Assembly (NCBI RefSeq): GCF_006345805.1
Contig: NC_043004.1
Coordinates: forward strand, 62,496,001 to 62,560,000
Reading direction: 5' to 3'
Source: Octopus sinensis
Taxonomy: Eukaryota
Length of the DNA stretch: 64,000 nucleotides
The stretch's first letter is position 1, and the number at the start of each line of letters is the position of its first letter. The notes beneath the pieces are model-generated. The model worked only from the letters and a program-made list of their open reading frames with translations, had not been told where the DNA came from and made no database searches. Positions 39,121-52,812 of this stretch are shown here, one piece after another. The position numbers and the translations under genes are program-made.

Positions 39121-39405
39121 TCGGCATCATCATCATCATCATCATCATCCGAAAGTATTCCTTTCAACACATGGCTATGATTTCTCTCCCGCTACTTCTG
39201 CTCGTGATTAGAGATGCACATACCGTCAGCCACTAAAGGACATGCCCAACTGGTTAAGGTCAAACAACTGACACGTAGATCTGTGGTATTCAGCAGAATA
39301 TTTGCCGTAGGCCATCTTTCATAGCATAATAAAACAATGTAAATGACAACACTTCCAATCATTTAAGATCAGAAGACATGAGAACCATTGCTTGGTACCG
39401 GAATT
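39121..39405 (-). mobile_element. Probable SINE-type interspersed repeat (family D) with (ATG)n tail
   Basis: The body gctcgtgattagagatgcacat..gtcagccactaaaggacatg is one I recognise as a common repeat, and it abuts a (CAT)n run. There is a single copy here. Confidence 0.45.
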
Positions 39406-40237
39406 ATTATCACTGTTGTGGTTGATGTTGTTGTTATTGTTGTTACGATAGTAGTAGTAGTAGCAGTAGTGGTTGTGATGGTGGTGGTGGTGGTGTTGGT
39501 GGTGGTGGTAAAATACATTTTCTTAGACTATCGTCATCAAAGCAAATGTATCCATATTTAACTTCGTCAGCCATTGCTTCTCGCATAGGCTAAAACCAAG
39601 TTGCATAATATCACATGTATTCTTTAGCGAAAGCAATCTTAGAAATAATTATTGATTTTAGCAAGAATTATATGAAATATATACTTCTTGCTCGTAATAA
39701 GCCTATACATAAGAATAGATTTCTTTCTTTTTTCCATTTTTCATCAATCGATTCCGAATTGTAATATGAATGAAAAAATGGATGAAGAAAAGCAATTTAT
39801 TGCAATGTTATGCTTAAAAGCAATGGAATAAATGGTAGCTTAAATTACTAAGTTCTTTGAGAAAAATATGAGAAAAAGGCTTCGTAAAGGTTTTGAATAT
39901 GATCATCTATTGAAGAAAATTAAAGTAGGATTTTTCTTTGAGGAAAAAATTAACTAAAATATTGAATGAAAGAACATCGCAATTGTACAAAATTATGCAG
40001 AACAAGTCGGAGGACGGGAACTTAACTTCTTTTAAATGTTGAAAAATTTATTGCTTGTGATGTGTTGCCTAATCATCGAACTCCCGTCTTGTAGGCTTTA
40101 AAAAAAGTGTTTAAACACAATACATTTGAATTTAGAACATAACCGATTCTTCTGCAAACGGAATAAAGGGAGCAATTGAAGCGGATTGTTTGGCGAGAAG
40201 TAAGAGAGCGAGAAAAAAGAAATTATGGCGATAATAG

Positions 40238-40663
40238 TTACTCTTTTATTATTTTACTCTTTTACTTGTTTCAGTCATTTGACTGCGGCCATGCTGGAGC
40301 ACCGCTTTTAGTCTAACAAATCGACCCCGGGACTTATTCTTTGTAAGCCCAGTACTTATTCTATCGGTCTCTTTTGCCGAACCGCTAAGTGACGGGGACG
40401 TAAACACACCAGCATCGGTTGTCAAGCAATGCTACGGAGATAAACAGACACACAAACATATACACACACACTTATATATATATATATATATATATACATA
40501 TATACGACAGGCTTCTTTCAGTTTGCGTCTACTAAATCCACTCACAAGGCATTGGTCGGCCCGGGGCTATAGCAGAAACACTTGCCCAAGATACCACGCA
40601 ATGGGACTGAACCTGGAACCATCTGGTTGGTTAGCAAGCTGCTTACCATACAGCCACTCCTGC
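40238..40663 (-). mobile_element. Family A SINE
   Basis: Colinear with 37888-38293 and 43011-43414. Confidence 0.92.
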
Positions 40664-41360
40664 TATTGAAGATGATGAAGCAGAATCGTTCTATTACAAG
40701 CGTGGTACTTCATTTATCGATGAATTCTTTCGACTTCATCGGATTTCGAAATTTATTTGCCTCGACACAATAGAAAGTCTTTTTAAGACTGTATGTGGGT
40801 TATATTTCACTCAAATATATGCGTGCGGAAACTTGTCTGAAGTCTAGTCTCTGAATGTTTTAATACATTTTAAGTGTTTTCTGATTGTGTAAACGGCTGA
40901 TGACTTTAGAAGGTGTAATCCTTTTCGCTGCGTGGTCATTTTTCCCTCCTTCAGATTACTATTGAATTATAAGACAAGGATTAACTACTTCCGCCCACAT
41001 CATTTTTAATATTATTGATGCTGTAAGGTATTTTGCTCGGATTTTGTCGCTCTTTATCTCGTCTAAGTGTCTTATATTTCATTGACAAGAATGGGTGATA
41101 ATCCTTCCAACATTTATGTCAGAGAATTTCAAATTCTGTCTCGGTGAAATGGCGAGTGTCACTATGATATAATATTAAAAAAACGATTTGTGGCAAGGAT
41201 TCTCAGATATGTTTCATTTAGATCCTCTTGCTTTTTGAGCATTCTCATCTACATTTACGTAGCGCTGGTTCACTATACATATACATTGCATATCCTTAGA
41301 CTTTACAGCCTTTTAGCTTGATAATAAATACACATGACCACACACGCAGTCGTATATGTA

Positions 41361-41597
41361 TAACTTAGATAACTTAGATATGTTTCGACCAAAGATTGGT
41401 CCAGGCCATGTCTAACTTAATAGCACCACCTGATAGGATTATTCGAATCCTGTTCAAGTCAAGTTTTGTTCAAGTACTGAGTTCTTGTTGGGTGAGTTGT
41501 ATCCAATTATGGGTGGCTTATCTGGTATTCTTTGAAGGAATCTATCCAGACTCCGTTTAAAGTTGATGGGATGCTTTTCCTCTTTGATCTCCCTCGG
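41361..41597 (-). mobile_element. 3' end of a CR1/L2-group LINE
   Basis: PREIKEE..FKRSLDRFLQRIPDKP..NS (compare FKIKLDLFVSGVPDEP..NS at ~14100), then a 3' stem-loop and an (atctaagtt)x2 tail. Confidence 0.7.
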
Positions 41598-41889
41598 GAC
41601 AATGTTAGAAATAGTTAATTATATAGACCCGCATGTACACGTACTAACATACAGTCATACTTGTACACAAACAGATACGCATACGTATGTATGTATAAAC
41701 ATGTGCATATGAAAATAGGGATAATACCCCTAGAAGATGATGTCATCGTAAACATTGACGGACAGGTTTAAGAATGCAGTACAATCATATACGTATATAC
41801 ATGTACGCATATGCATGTACATACACTTGCATATTTATACATACATACATACAAATATATGTGTATATATATATATATACATATATATA

Positions 41890-42205
41890 ATAATAATAAT
41901 AAATTAGAGACAAAACCATAGTTTATAACTCGCTAAGAAGGTTTAGAAACCACCTGAAGAATGTCTAAGATGTGCTGACACGAAACGATCGTAGTGGTTA
42001 TTCATTTGTTAAATTTTAATTTATATAAATTATATAAATTATTTTATATTTTATGTATTGGCTTAAGTCTTTCTTTGTTTGATTTGCATAATAGTGGTTT
42101 TGTCTCTAATTTATTATAATATAATATTTTATTATAAAATTTGATTCAATCTTAAATCTGATTTTTCCTTGTAAATTTGGATTTATTCCCTAATATTTAT
42201 TATTA
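41890..42205 (+). mobile_element. Small AT-rich HHR-bearing element (PLE pLTR-like) with inverted 5' duplication, in TA-rich flanks
   Basis: Perfect 22-bp inverted repeat at 41897-41918 and 42095-42116, with an HHR between the arms. Confidence 0.65.
41948..41999 (+). ncRNA. Minimal type I hammerhead ribozyme (predicted)
   Basis: AACCAC-CUGAAGA-a[UGUC loop GACA]c-GAAA-C(gauc)G-U-A-GUGGUU. Stem I is a perfect 6 bp, loop III is palindromic, the triplet is GUA with the cut after 41993, and there is an A.C mismatch at 10.1-11.1. Confidence 0.75.
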
Positions 42206-42266
42206 TATACATATATATATATATACATATATATACACACACACTTATATATATATACATATATAT

Positions 42267-42297
<31 letters not shown>

Positions 42298-42322
42298 CAT
42301 ACACACACACACATATATATAT

Positions 42323-42403
<81 letters not shown>

Positions 42404-42638
42404 TATATAAATAGAGAGATATAGACATGTATTATAACTTTTTCTAATTTCTCTCCCTGTTTATTTCTGTGTTCCGTTCTATAAAGAGCCTAGTCTCGAA
42501 ACCTAAAATGCTTTCTTACTTACCAAGCGTTAAACTATACAACTGTTTGTTGTTTACACACACCTCGTCATCTTTTGTCTTTTTTGTAAATTTTCACTAT
42601 ATATACTTAGATGTGCATTACATATATGTATGTATGTA

Positions 42639-42708
<70 letters not shown>

Positions 42709-43010
42709 TGCATGTCATACGTCAGTGTATAAAAATAAAATGACTTATATCTCCACCTCCTTGATCGATTGGCTCTTCAATTAGCTTACCATTCTTCCTA
42801 GGGCGTCAACATTTCACATGCAGTGTGGTTAAATGTAAGAATGCTCGACACAGTTATAATTAGGTACAAGAATCGATTGTTGAACGATTTAAATTTTAAA
42901 TGCAACACTTTCATGTCGTTACCAATATCTACCTAAAGTACATTTTGAGTGCACTACATTATTTCCAGTAAATTTTACATATTACAATAAGGACATAATT
43001 AAAACATATA

Positions 43011-43210
43011 TACTCTTTACTCTTTTACTTGTTTCAGTCATTTGACTGCGGCCATGCTGGAGCACCGCCTTTAGTCGAGCAACTCGACCCCGGGACTTAT
43101 TCTTTTTGTAAGTCCAGTACTTATTCTATCGGTCTCTTTTTGCCGAACAACTAAGTTACGGGGACGTAAACACGCCAGCATCGGTTGTCAAGCAATGCTA
43201 GGGGAACAAG

Positions 43211-43251
<41 letters not shown>

Positions 43252-43414
43252 GACAGGCTTCTTTCAGTTTCCGTCTACCAAATCCACTCACAAAGCATTG
43301 GTCGGCCCGGGACTATAGTAGAAGACACTTGCCCAAGATGCCACGCAGTGGGACTGAACCCGGAACCATGTGGTTGGTTAGCAAGCTACTTACCACACAG
43401 CAACTCCTGCGCCT
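43011..43414 (-). mobile_element. Family A SINE, full length
   Basis: Head aggcgcaggagttgctgtgtggtaag..; (aagagta)n tail. Confidence 0.93.
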
Positions 43415-45012
43415 ATATATGTGTACTTTCATTTCTTTTGAACAGGCACGGTTTCTCTTTGTTCTCGTCCTCGCACTCATTGTTACTTACAATATTTTCT
43501 GACCTATATTTCGAGTGGATGTAAATATGTAACAGTTTCTGTGAAACATAAGTTTATTAAAAGTGATAATTTTAAAAGAGATTTCAATTTAATATAGCGT
43601 GCATTTTGCATTGATTTCATTAAGATCTTTCAAAATTTACCTTTCTCGAAATGTTTTTTATATGTCTCTCAATGTTTATTATATAAAAGCATGGATGAAT
43701 AATTCCTGTAGGTTCTTCAACACTACGAGCATATAAGGCAAATGTTGTAGTTTCTTGATGAACTCGTGCATTTAAGGCAAATGGTTTTGGAGATAACCTG
43801 AGGTAACGACTCGCTAATCTAGCATCCGATCGGTCAAATCATTTTTAATGTTTTTTAGACACAAAAATCTGTAAATTTACGCGCTCTTGGCATGTGGCAT
43901 TGTCCGCTATATTACACGCATCTGTTTGTTGTATATATTTATCCCTGTCTATTGTGATGTATACGTTCACGTCAGGAAATATTTCTTGTCGGTTGACTGG
44001 CATCTAATATTTTCCATTTATTGAGAACATTGGAACCACAATATTTCAAGAATTTCCTCTTAGGTAAAAGTCGATTGACCACGCCAAAGATCAATCGTTT
44101 CTATTATGACCTTCTCCAAATTTATATATGTAAGTTGCTACATAGTGGAACTGGAATTCGTATATAAGACAGGATGTAATTTAGGCGGAAAATATATTCT
44201 GTTTGTAAGATCGCGAGTGATTATGCTGGCGTTTCTTTTTCTTTTCACAAATATTAAAAAGCTGTTTCTGTTCCATACAAAACAACTTATTTTACCACGT
44301 ACTGAAAAAGACTCCTTTCAGCACAATTCCCCACGCAACCTATATCCAAGTATATATAACAAGAAATACGTTTTGTCAGGCATTATGTAATAAACTTCAT
44401 TTAATGTAGGAGTTTAACGATCGAAAAATTACTAATAATATAATACTGGTCTTCAATACAGAGATGAAGAACAATATTGCGTAAAAGAAAAAGCATAAAA
44501 ACCAGTGACTCGTGATGCGTATAAATAAAGTTTAAAATTCACGTTCTGACTACAAACTGTAGATAGATTATATTTGCATATCGTAGCTTGTTACTCACAG
44601 TTAGAACTCATCTTATACTAATGAAAATAAGACTTGCAAATTTTGATGGGAGTTTAAATTTTCTCAACTCTACTGAATACAATAAACTCTGAATAATATA
44701 GAAAATAAATATCTTTAAATTCCAGTGGAAACTGAATATTACAAATGTCATGCGTTCAACACAATGCATACAAAAATTAGTTACTACTTTCATATCCACA
44801 TTCGTACACACTCGCACAGACACACGCCGGAGCGCCACACACGGGTATGTGTATGTATGCATGTAAATATATATATATATTATATACGTAATTATATATA
44901 TATATATAATATATATATATATACTTATATATGTGTATGTATATATATATATATATATCAGTATACATATATAGTGCATTCATACTTATATGCATATATG
45001 CATGTATATATG

Positions 45013-45045
<33 letters not shown>

Positions 45046-48000
45046 GTTTATATGTGTGTATGCCTATCCCGACACTTGATTTCATTTTATGCAAAGGCCA
45101 TATGCATAAATTGAAAAATTCTTATGTTGGCTGATCAATTTTTTAATATTTTTGCGATCAAACAACATCTTAACTGCTTCAGAGCTTTCGTTATCTGACA
45201 TTTGAAAACGCACATGATTTACCGAAGTTATTTCTTCGCTTACTAATAAAAGTAAACACTTAAAAAATTGACATAAAAGTTTACAAGTGATTACAGCATC
45301 TTTATAACAAGTCTGTTGCGTTTTTTTACTACTGAAAAAGTAATGTTTATGTATTTTTTCATTTCCTTCACCCAAAAACTTGATAAATAGAATACTAATA
45401 ATATACTAATAAATGAAACTGACGATATCCGATTATTCTAAATTTTAGAAATTTTTCCGAATGATAATTTGAAATGTGGAAGATAAGAAGAGAATTTATA
45501 ATGTATTGGAAAAAAAATTCAAACAAACGGATACTTTATAAAATCAATATTTTCCCCTATCTAATACGATAAGTGAATTTCTTCATTTATCATGCATCCG
45601 TTTGTATATGCGACTACTGAATCTATTTATGAAAACATACAAGCATATTATGCCATTGAAACGACCTTCTGCTAAGAAGAAGAATGTATCTGCATACAAG
45701 ATTGTGGTTCAATCATATCCAACCAAAGGATTACAACATGAAACAAAGACTATTTTAATGGCGAAGAAAGGGATTTGAAAAATGTATATTCTCCGCATTA
45801 AAAAAAAAAACATTCTCGCACTCACGTTTCTGCATTGATCTGCAGAAAAGAGTGCAGGTCAGGAGATTTGGAAGAACGTTCGTAAAATTTATACACTTCT
45901 ATTTTTACATCACTATCGCGTTTCCGTGTGATTGTGCACCGGTATAAACTGATAGAGGTCGACAAAGGTGTCGTCGTGAAGTTTGCCAAAAGCGATGCAG
46001 CAGTTAATGTTACTAATCCATCTAATATTATACGAATGCATAATTTCTGATCATTCTCCCTATACTTACATCGAAGTGGAAAACGAAAGCGGCTGGTAAC
46101 ATCTGACGAAATTGAGTTCAGAGTGCAAGGAATGCAAAGAGATATAGCACTATGTTTCATCCAACACTAACAAATCTGCGGCTATCTTACAGAAATAGAA
46201 ATAAGAAAAACATTCTTTCAACAACATACTATTATTCATTTCCACTACTACATGACAAAGAAATTGCATCAATTATTAATTGCTGCGTTGAAATATTGTT
46301 GTAAGTGTTTGAATTGAATGAACTGGAATAGAAATATGAAATGCACTAGAGAATTAGTGAGTGCAAGTAGCGTTTTGTAGACTTGTGTGTAAGTTCAAAG
46401 TGCAGTGGAGTGCACTCAGTTTATCTAACATACACTTTTTTTAATACTCGCTGTTGTTATTAAAACAGAAATTACTGTCCTTTTTTTCTCATCACAAACT
46501 CTTTTCGTATTCACAATGCAGTTATGTTTAGCTATACAACACAATTTTCTGGTCAATAAATACCAGGAGATATTTTCTCATATGAGTTTGTTATATGTAT
46601 TTATTTATAGCATCATGTAAGTGGCATGTGTTAGTCACAAACTGAATTTGTATTGAAATAAATATTTTTCTAGCAGTACCGCAAGCGTCTCTCATTTTTG
46701 GCTCTCATTTTTTAAATATTCTAACGTGTCAATATTTTAAAAAGATGATGGTACCATTCTTAAATATAATGTTATTTATTAAATTAAAATCAAATATTTT
46801 TTAATATTCCAATTGTATCCTTAGCTGTAATATTTTAAGTAAAAGATTTCTTGTTCTGTATATTACCAGATGTAATAAATTGTCCTGAACTTCTACAGGT
46901 GTAATTTTTCAGATCTATAATCTTAAGAATATTGTTTCTCTTGTTCACATTTTTCCATGTTATGCATGTTTTTCCAAGCTATGCTGTTATGCTAATTAAA
47001 AATGTGTCACATATGTGAATTAGTGGTGTCGTTGATACCACTTAATGACATCGGTGACACATATTAAAAGTACATTGTAGAAATATATTCATAAACATTT
47101 ATGCAACTATATCCTCACTCACAAATTTGAGAAACAAACACTCGTAACGTTTTTCTTTTAAAACTTCATAGTATGAGATTGATACGATGAAATTCCCCGA
47201 ATAGTGCTCTATCATTTAAGTTTAACTAAAATATAGACTGTTTTTAAAATAAAAAAAAATAATTATACTTAAGTCCAATTCTTTGCCTTATATTTTTTCA
47301 TGTGATTATACCTCTCGTTTTTGCTAGGTTTTTGCTACGTTTTTGCTATAAATTCATGTTGCATGGTATCAAAACTATGAAATTCTCCAGGCTTTTTTCC
47401 ATCGTTAAAGCTAAGATAAATATATTTTGCATTTGAAATTTTAAAAAAAGTTATTTAAATTTAAACTTGATTGGTGGAGTTACTTACTCTCTTATAATGT
47501 TGCTACAAATTCCGATGTCAACATGTTTTCTACAGGATCAAATCTCTGTTTTGTTATATCAAAATGTAGCTAGCGACCAATCGTCTTAAAAAAGAATAAC
47601 AGTTTTCAATTTGGTTAAGAACTGAATTAGCGTCAAGCTCTGAAGTATGCTGCCTGTGAGTAAATTGCGGCCTTAAGAATATTATTTACTACTACCGTAG
47701 TTCAACTAAATTGCTGATTGTATTCAACAATATATATATAAATAATAGATTATATGTGAAATGGCATGTGGCATAAATACACTATTTCTTCACTAACAGC
47801 AACGAAGAAATATTTTCGGTTCAGATTATTTCACAGAAACGAATGAAGAAACGTATGATCTTATCTGTAAGTCGCTCACTCGGGCAAATAGTCCTGCATG
47901 GAATCGTATCAATGTTTACTTGCAAATAAATTATACTCCATACATATAAAAGGAAACGGTACGTGACGTTACATTACAAATACTAATCACAGTGAGTAAA

Positions 48001-49497
48001 AAGGAGACAAAACATTTTTATTGTTATTCACATATGCTCAAATATAGTTATACGTGATTCGAAACTGGCGACATTTTGTTTTTATTTGGCCGACCTAATA
48101 TTCAGTATACATATTCAAAAATAACTCTGTTTGTATTATTGTTAAAAACGTCTCTTGGAATCTTCAGTACTAAGAATGTCTTGAATGAAACCATATATAA
48201 CTTGTATGCATTAGATATACTCTTCTGTAAATGGTTTAATCTATTGTGGAAGACAGATCAAGAACAACGTTGCCTGCTTAATAAATGGATATGATGCTCG
48301 GGTGACCTTCACAGTTTTCATTATGATATTTGAAGCATAAGAATCATTCCTTTTGTTTGTTTTAGAAGAACATTATTCATCAAGAATGCAAAAAGTTTTC
48401 AATCAATCGCCCTTTCTCTACGCTGTTCCTCACACTCAGTAAGAATTCAATTGATGGCCTCTATATAACTTCTTCCCATTTGAAGTTTCTCTTGTGGTTA
48501 TTAAAATGTTTATCTTTGTTTATGTTCCGGTTTGCATCAGTCGGTTTCTGATTTTGTAAACCTATGAAAAGTAAATATTCTATCATTCAGTTTATTGATT
48601 TATATTATACATCGGAATATCCTGTTCTAAAACGGTATGGAGTAAATGAAGGCGAGTTGTGTGGTTATTTCTAGCAGTAGGAACATCCAGCTTACAATAG
48701 GTGATGGATTGACTTCAAAAATCCGTGCACAGCGTCCGATCTCCAGCACATTTTCCTATACGATTTTAGGAACAAAATAATCGAAATGTTATGCATTTCG
48801 ATTTTTCTATATCAGGAAATATACTCAACTACTGTCCTGTTAGACTCATAGACTCATCATCCCCATCTAATATTTTAAACTATTATTTATTTAATTAATC
48901 CACCTGTTCTTCGAGTTATTTATTTTCTTCTGATTTATGATTACTGAACTGATAAAACAACATTTTTACGATGTAACACAGACTTAAACACTCACGCAGT
49001 CATTCACACACAAACACGAATAGATATACACATACACACTCACGTACACACAACACACACACACATACCTGAAACTCAACGACGTTAAGTAATGTAAATG
49101 AATGTAACATTGTCATTTCTCTGCTGATAATTGCTGGTAGCAAGCCATTTCCATGCCCCAAATATCAGACACATTTTCACAAATAACAGAAATCAATATA
49201 TTTCGATCTTTGTTTCTATCATAGACAAAGTGAAACCAATTTAAATCCAAACACCTGTTGTGATTTAATCATAAAAATGCTAGGTGCGACTCCTGAGAGA
49301 TGTTAACCTCAAATAAGCCAATAAGATTTTAGTCATTAATGAATGTTCTGGAAAATACCATGCCAGTGAATATGTTTTACACAACTGTAAGCTGTATTTC
49401 ATTGAGTAACAAGAAAGAGAACCCGCATTAGGTTTATCCCCGATTACTAAAATTAAAGGTGCAAATTTACTTAATGAAAGATGCGTATGTGGGTTTG

Positions 49498-49580
<83 letters not shown>

Positions 49581-49960
49581 TATATCTGTACCTCTGTACC
49601 TGACGAGTGACACAACTTTTACAGAATTTGCTGCTCTTCACAAAGTACGATCCCTAATCTTATTGTAATCACCAGCAGAACGCTCCGTGTGCAACCCCAC
49701 CTGCTTTAGAAGTGAATTCAAATATTTCTACGTAGAAACATATTACGTATATACATATATGCCTAAATAATGGGAGTCAAATAGCCTAGAAAGTCGTATA
49801 AAATAAATTTTTGCCCGAATGAAAGCTTCATAGAAAAATACACACGTGTAGACCATTTCACAATCGGACTATGCAAACCAGCATCTTACGTGGACGATAA
49901 ATTGTTTAGGGAGTGAGGTATCGATTTCTCGTAAGGAATACAATAATGGACTATTAGGCA

Positions 49961-50063
<103 letters not shown>

Positions 50064-50354
50064 TGGAGTTGTTTATAATTTAAGCTCAACATGCATTCCC
50101 TAATCTAGTCATTGTATGCATTTTGTATATATTGTTTCCAATATGCAATTTGCTTCTGATTTCGTTCATTCCTACATTATTTTGGAAGCAATTATATATA
50201 ACTATTTCTATGCTGAGAGTAAGTTTAAATTCTAAATCAATTATAAGCTCACACAGTAATATCGAAACGACTATATCGCTCAGGACAATATTGTTTCACT
50301 CTTTTCAAATACGATGTTAATATGTTCGTTTGCTTAGCTTGATAGAAGACTAAT

Positions 50355-50540
50355 TAAGATGGCAGCATCCTTTATATCCCAGACGAAATATTTCGCGATG
50401 CTTCCTCTGGTCTTACGTTCTGAGTTCAAATGCTTTTCATCCTTTCGGCATCAAATAAGTATGAGCTGAGCACTGGAGCGATGTAATCCACTTAACTACA
50501 CTCCCGAAGCTATTGGTCTTGTGTCATATTTTTAAAGAAT
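50355..50540 (+). mobile_element. Degenerate family C SINE
   Basis: ttacgttctgagttcaaat..ttttcatcctttcgg..aagta..cactgg..gatgtaatc. Confidence 0.6.
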
Positions 50541-51204
50541 TATAATACTGATGGAAACAATTCATCATAGGAGTAAATTCTTCGGTAACGACTTTCAAAT
50601 ATTCAAATATATATGCGTTGCGTACTAAGATCTATCTACAATAATATTTCAACATTTAAATAGGCTGCTGTAATTGTTCACAACATTCATTTATATATTT
50701 CCGTTGAACAAAGGAATTTATATTCTTTCATCTCATAATTCAGACTTAGTATATTTTAAACGGTTTCTTTGGTGTATTTCAATCAATTGATCTTATTCCT
50801 TAACTTCTCTCAGTTTTGCCATTTTCATTCTGATAACTTTCAAAATTCACCTTTTCCTATATCATTGTGTTGCACACTCACATACCACTTTCTTCTATAG
50901 AAATTATATTGAAAGTCTAATGGAATGATTAGACCCTTTTCAAAATTATATTCGACGAAGCGATAAATGGAAGGTGAAACTTGCCAGAGTAGTTAATTCC
51001 TCTGTTGCTTATTGGTTTTGTTGCTTTCACAAACAGAAATTTGTTTAGATACTTGTATTATGATTTAAGTCTGAGATGAAGAATGAAGGTATAAAATAAG
51101 AAAGTTTTTTTTCCCCAAAATTGTTTGCTTTACCCACAAAAACTTACTCAGAGGTGTAGTGTATAATTTTTAGGATAATGAAACTTGGTCACTATTTCTT
51201 CAGA

Positions 51205-51378
51205 AGGGATACGTCGCTTATATCGATCCCAGTGCTCAACTGTCACTTCCATTATCGACCCAGAAATGAGGAAAAGCAAAGTCGACTAACACAGAATTTG
51301 AACTCGGAATGTAAAGACAGGCGAAATGTCTCTACGCACTTTGCTCAGTGTCGTAGTGGTTCTGTCACTTCACCACTT
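51205..51378 (-). mobile_element. Degenerate family C SINE
   Basis: tatcgatcccagtg..ttatcgaccc..gcaaagtcgac..gaatttgaactc. Confidence 0.7.
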
Positions 51379-52429
51379 TAAGACAAAGGAATATTACTCG
51401 TAAAATATGCTTATAAGATCGTAATATGCTTCGAAAGAATATTCTTTTATTGTTTAGTTGCTATCCCGTAGTTGGCTCGCTACACTGTTAGGATATGTGG
51501 ATTGATAATTTTTCTCCAATAATCAGACGAATTGTCCTTGTATATGTTCTCTTTATTTCTTTGCGAAATACCGCTATTTCATTCGTGAATACACATTCGT
51601 TCAAAGTAGAATTTGTGGATAGATTCAGATTGTTCAATATAGAATTAATGGCGAAATTTTCACGATATAGGTTATGTTAACTAGTCCGATTCAGGACCTC
51701 TCCATAGGTATACACGCATTTCACTGTTTGATCGTTTGCATTTGCTGACTTTCACATATATAAAGACAGTATGCCGATTTGCTGTAGTCAAAATCTACGA
51801 CATATATTTCGCTCATTCCTTCATTCCTATAACACGATAGTAGCGGTAATGTTATACACATGATGATGATTTCGGTGTTCTTTTTTTTGGGGGGGGGGTA
51901 CTTATTAGAAACACATTACATTTCATTTTGTATTCTTTTGCTCGAACCTCTTTCTATAATATGGTTTTGATTTCTCAACTCCAACTCTGATCACATGTAC
52001 AGAGTATCTTCAGAACAGTCATATCAGCTAGATTCTTGATCATTTTCATTAAAATTTCTGAATTTTTTTGTGATTTCTTTATATTAATTGGAATGAAATA
52101 TATTACCGGGGAGATGAAGGAAAAAGAAATAACCATTGTCATGAATTAGTGGGTAAATAATATAGTTTTGCTTCCTTTTGTACATCCAAAGTTAGTTTTT
52201 GCTTTGCTGAGCTCAGTATTAAATTGAATGTGAGGATTTATGTTGTTGGTGGATTAACACAGTGTCACTTGATTTATAATTATATGTACATGTTAATGAT
52301 ATATAAATATATATACATGTCAATGTATCACATTTTCACTTGATGTAATGAAACACTTAGATATCTCATCTCCTACAATCCTCATACAAATCACAGCTGG
52401 ATTCGATCCAAACATTAGGTTCCATAGAT

Positions 52430-52812
52430 TGTTCCAGGGCTCAGACCCCCTACGCGGCACCTTGGACAAGAGTCTTCTACTATAACCTCGGCCCGAGCAA
52501 AGCATATAAGTGGATTTGGTAGACGGAAAATGAAAGAAGCCTGTCGTATATATGTATATATATGTATATATATGTGTGTGTGTGTGTGTGTGTGCGTGTT
52601 TGTGTATCTGTGTTTTGTCCCCCAACGATGGTGGCGTGTTTACGTCCCCGTAACATAGCGGTTCGGCAAAAGAGACCGATAGAATAAGTACTAGGCTTAC
52701 AAAGGCCTCCAAAGAATAAGTCCTGCTGTCACTTTGTTCGACTAAAGGCGGTGCTCCAGCATGGATGCAGTGAAATGATTGAAAAAAGAAAAAGAGCAAA
52801 CAGAAAAGAGTA
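52430..52812 (+). mobile_element. Family A SINE with eroded head
   Basis: gcggcaccttggacaagagtcttctacta..ggatttggtagacggaaa..gttcggcaaaagagaccgatagaataagtac..ggcggtgctccagcatgg. Confidence 0.88.

Noticed and set aside
49590-49665. CUGACGA-GUGA..UCAC-AAAG HHR-like motif; likewise CUGAUGA-A-GCCU..AGGC near 30130-30150 (minus)
   Set aside because: The GAAA core is broken in both. At most they are dead remnants.
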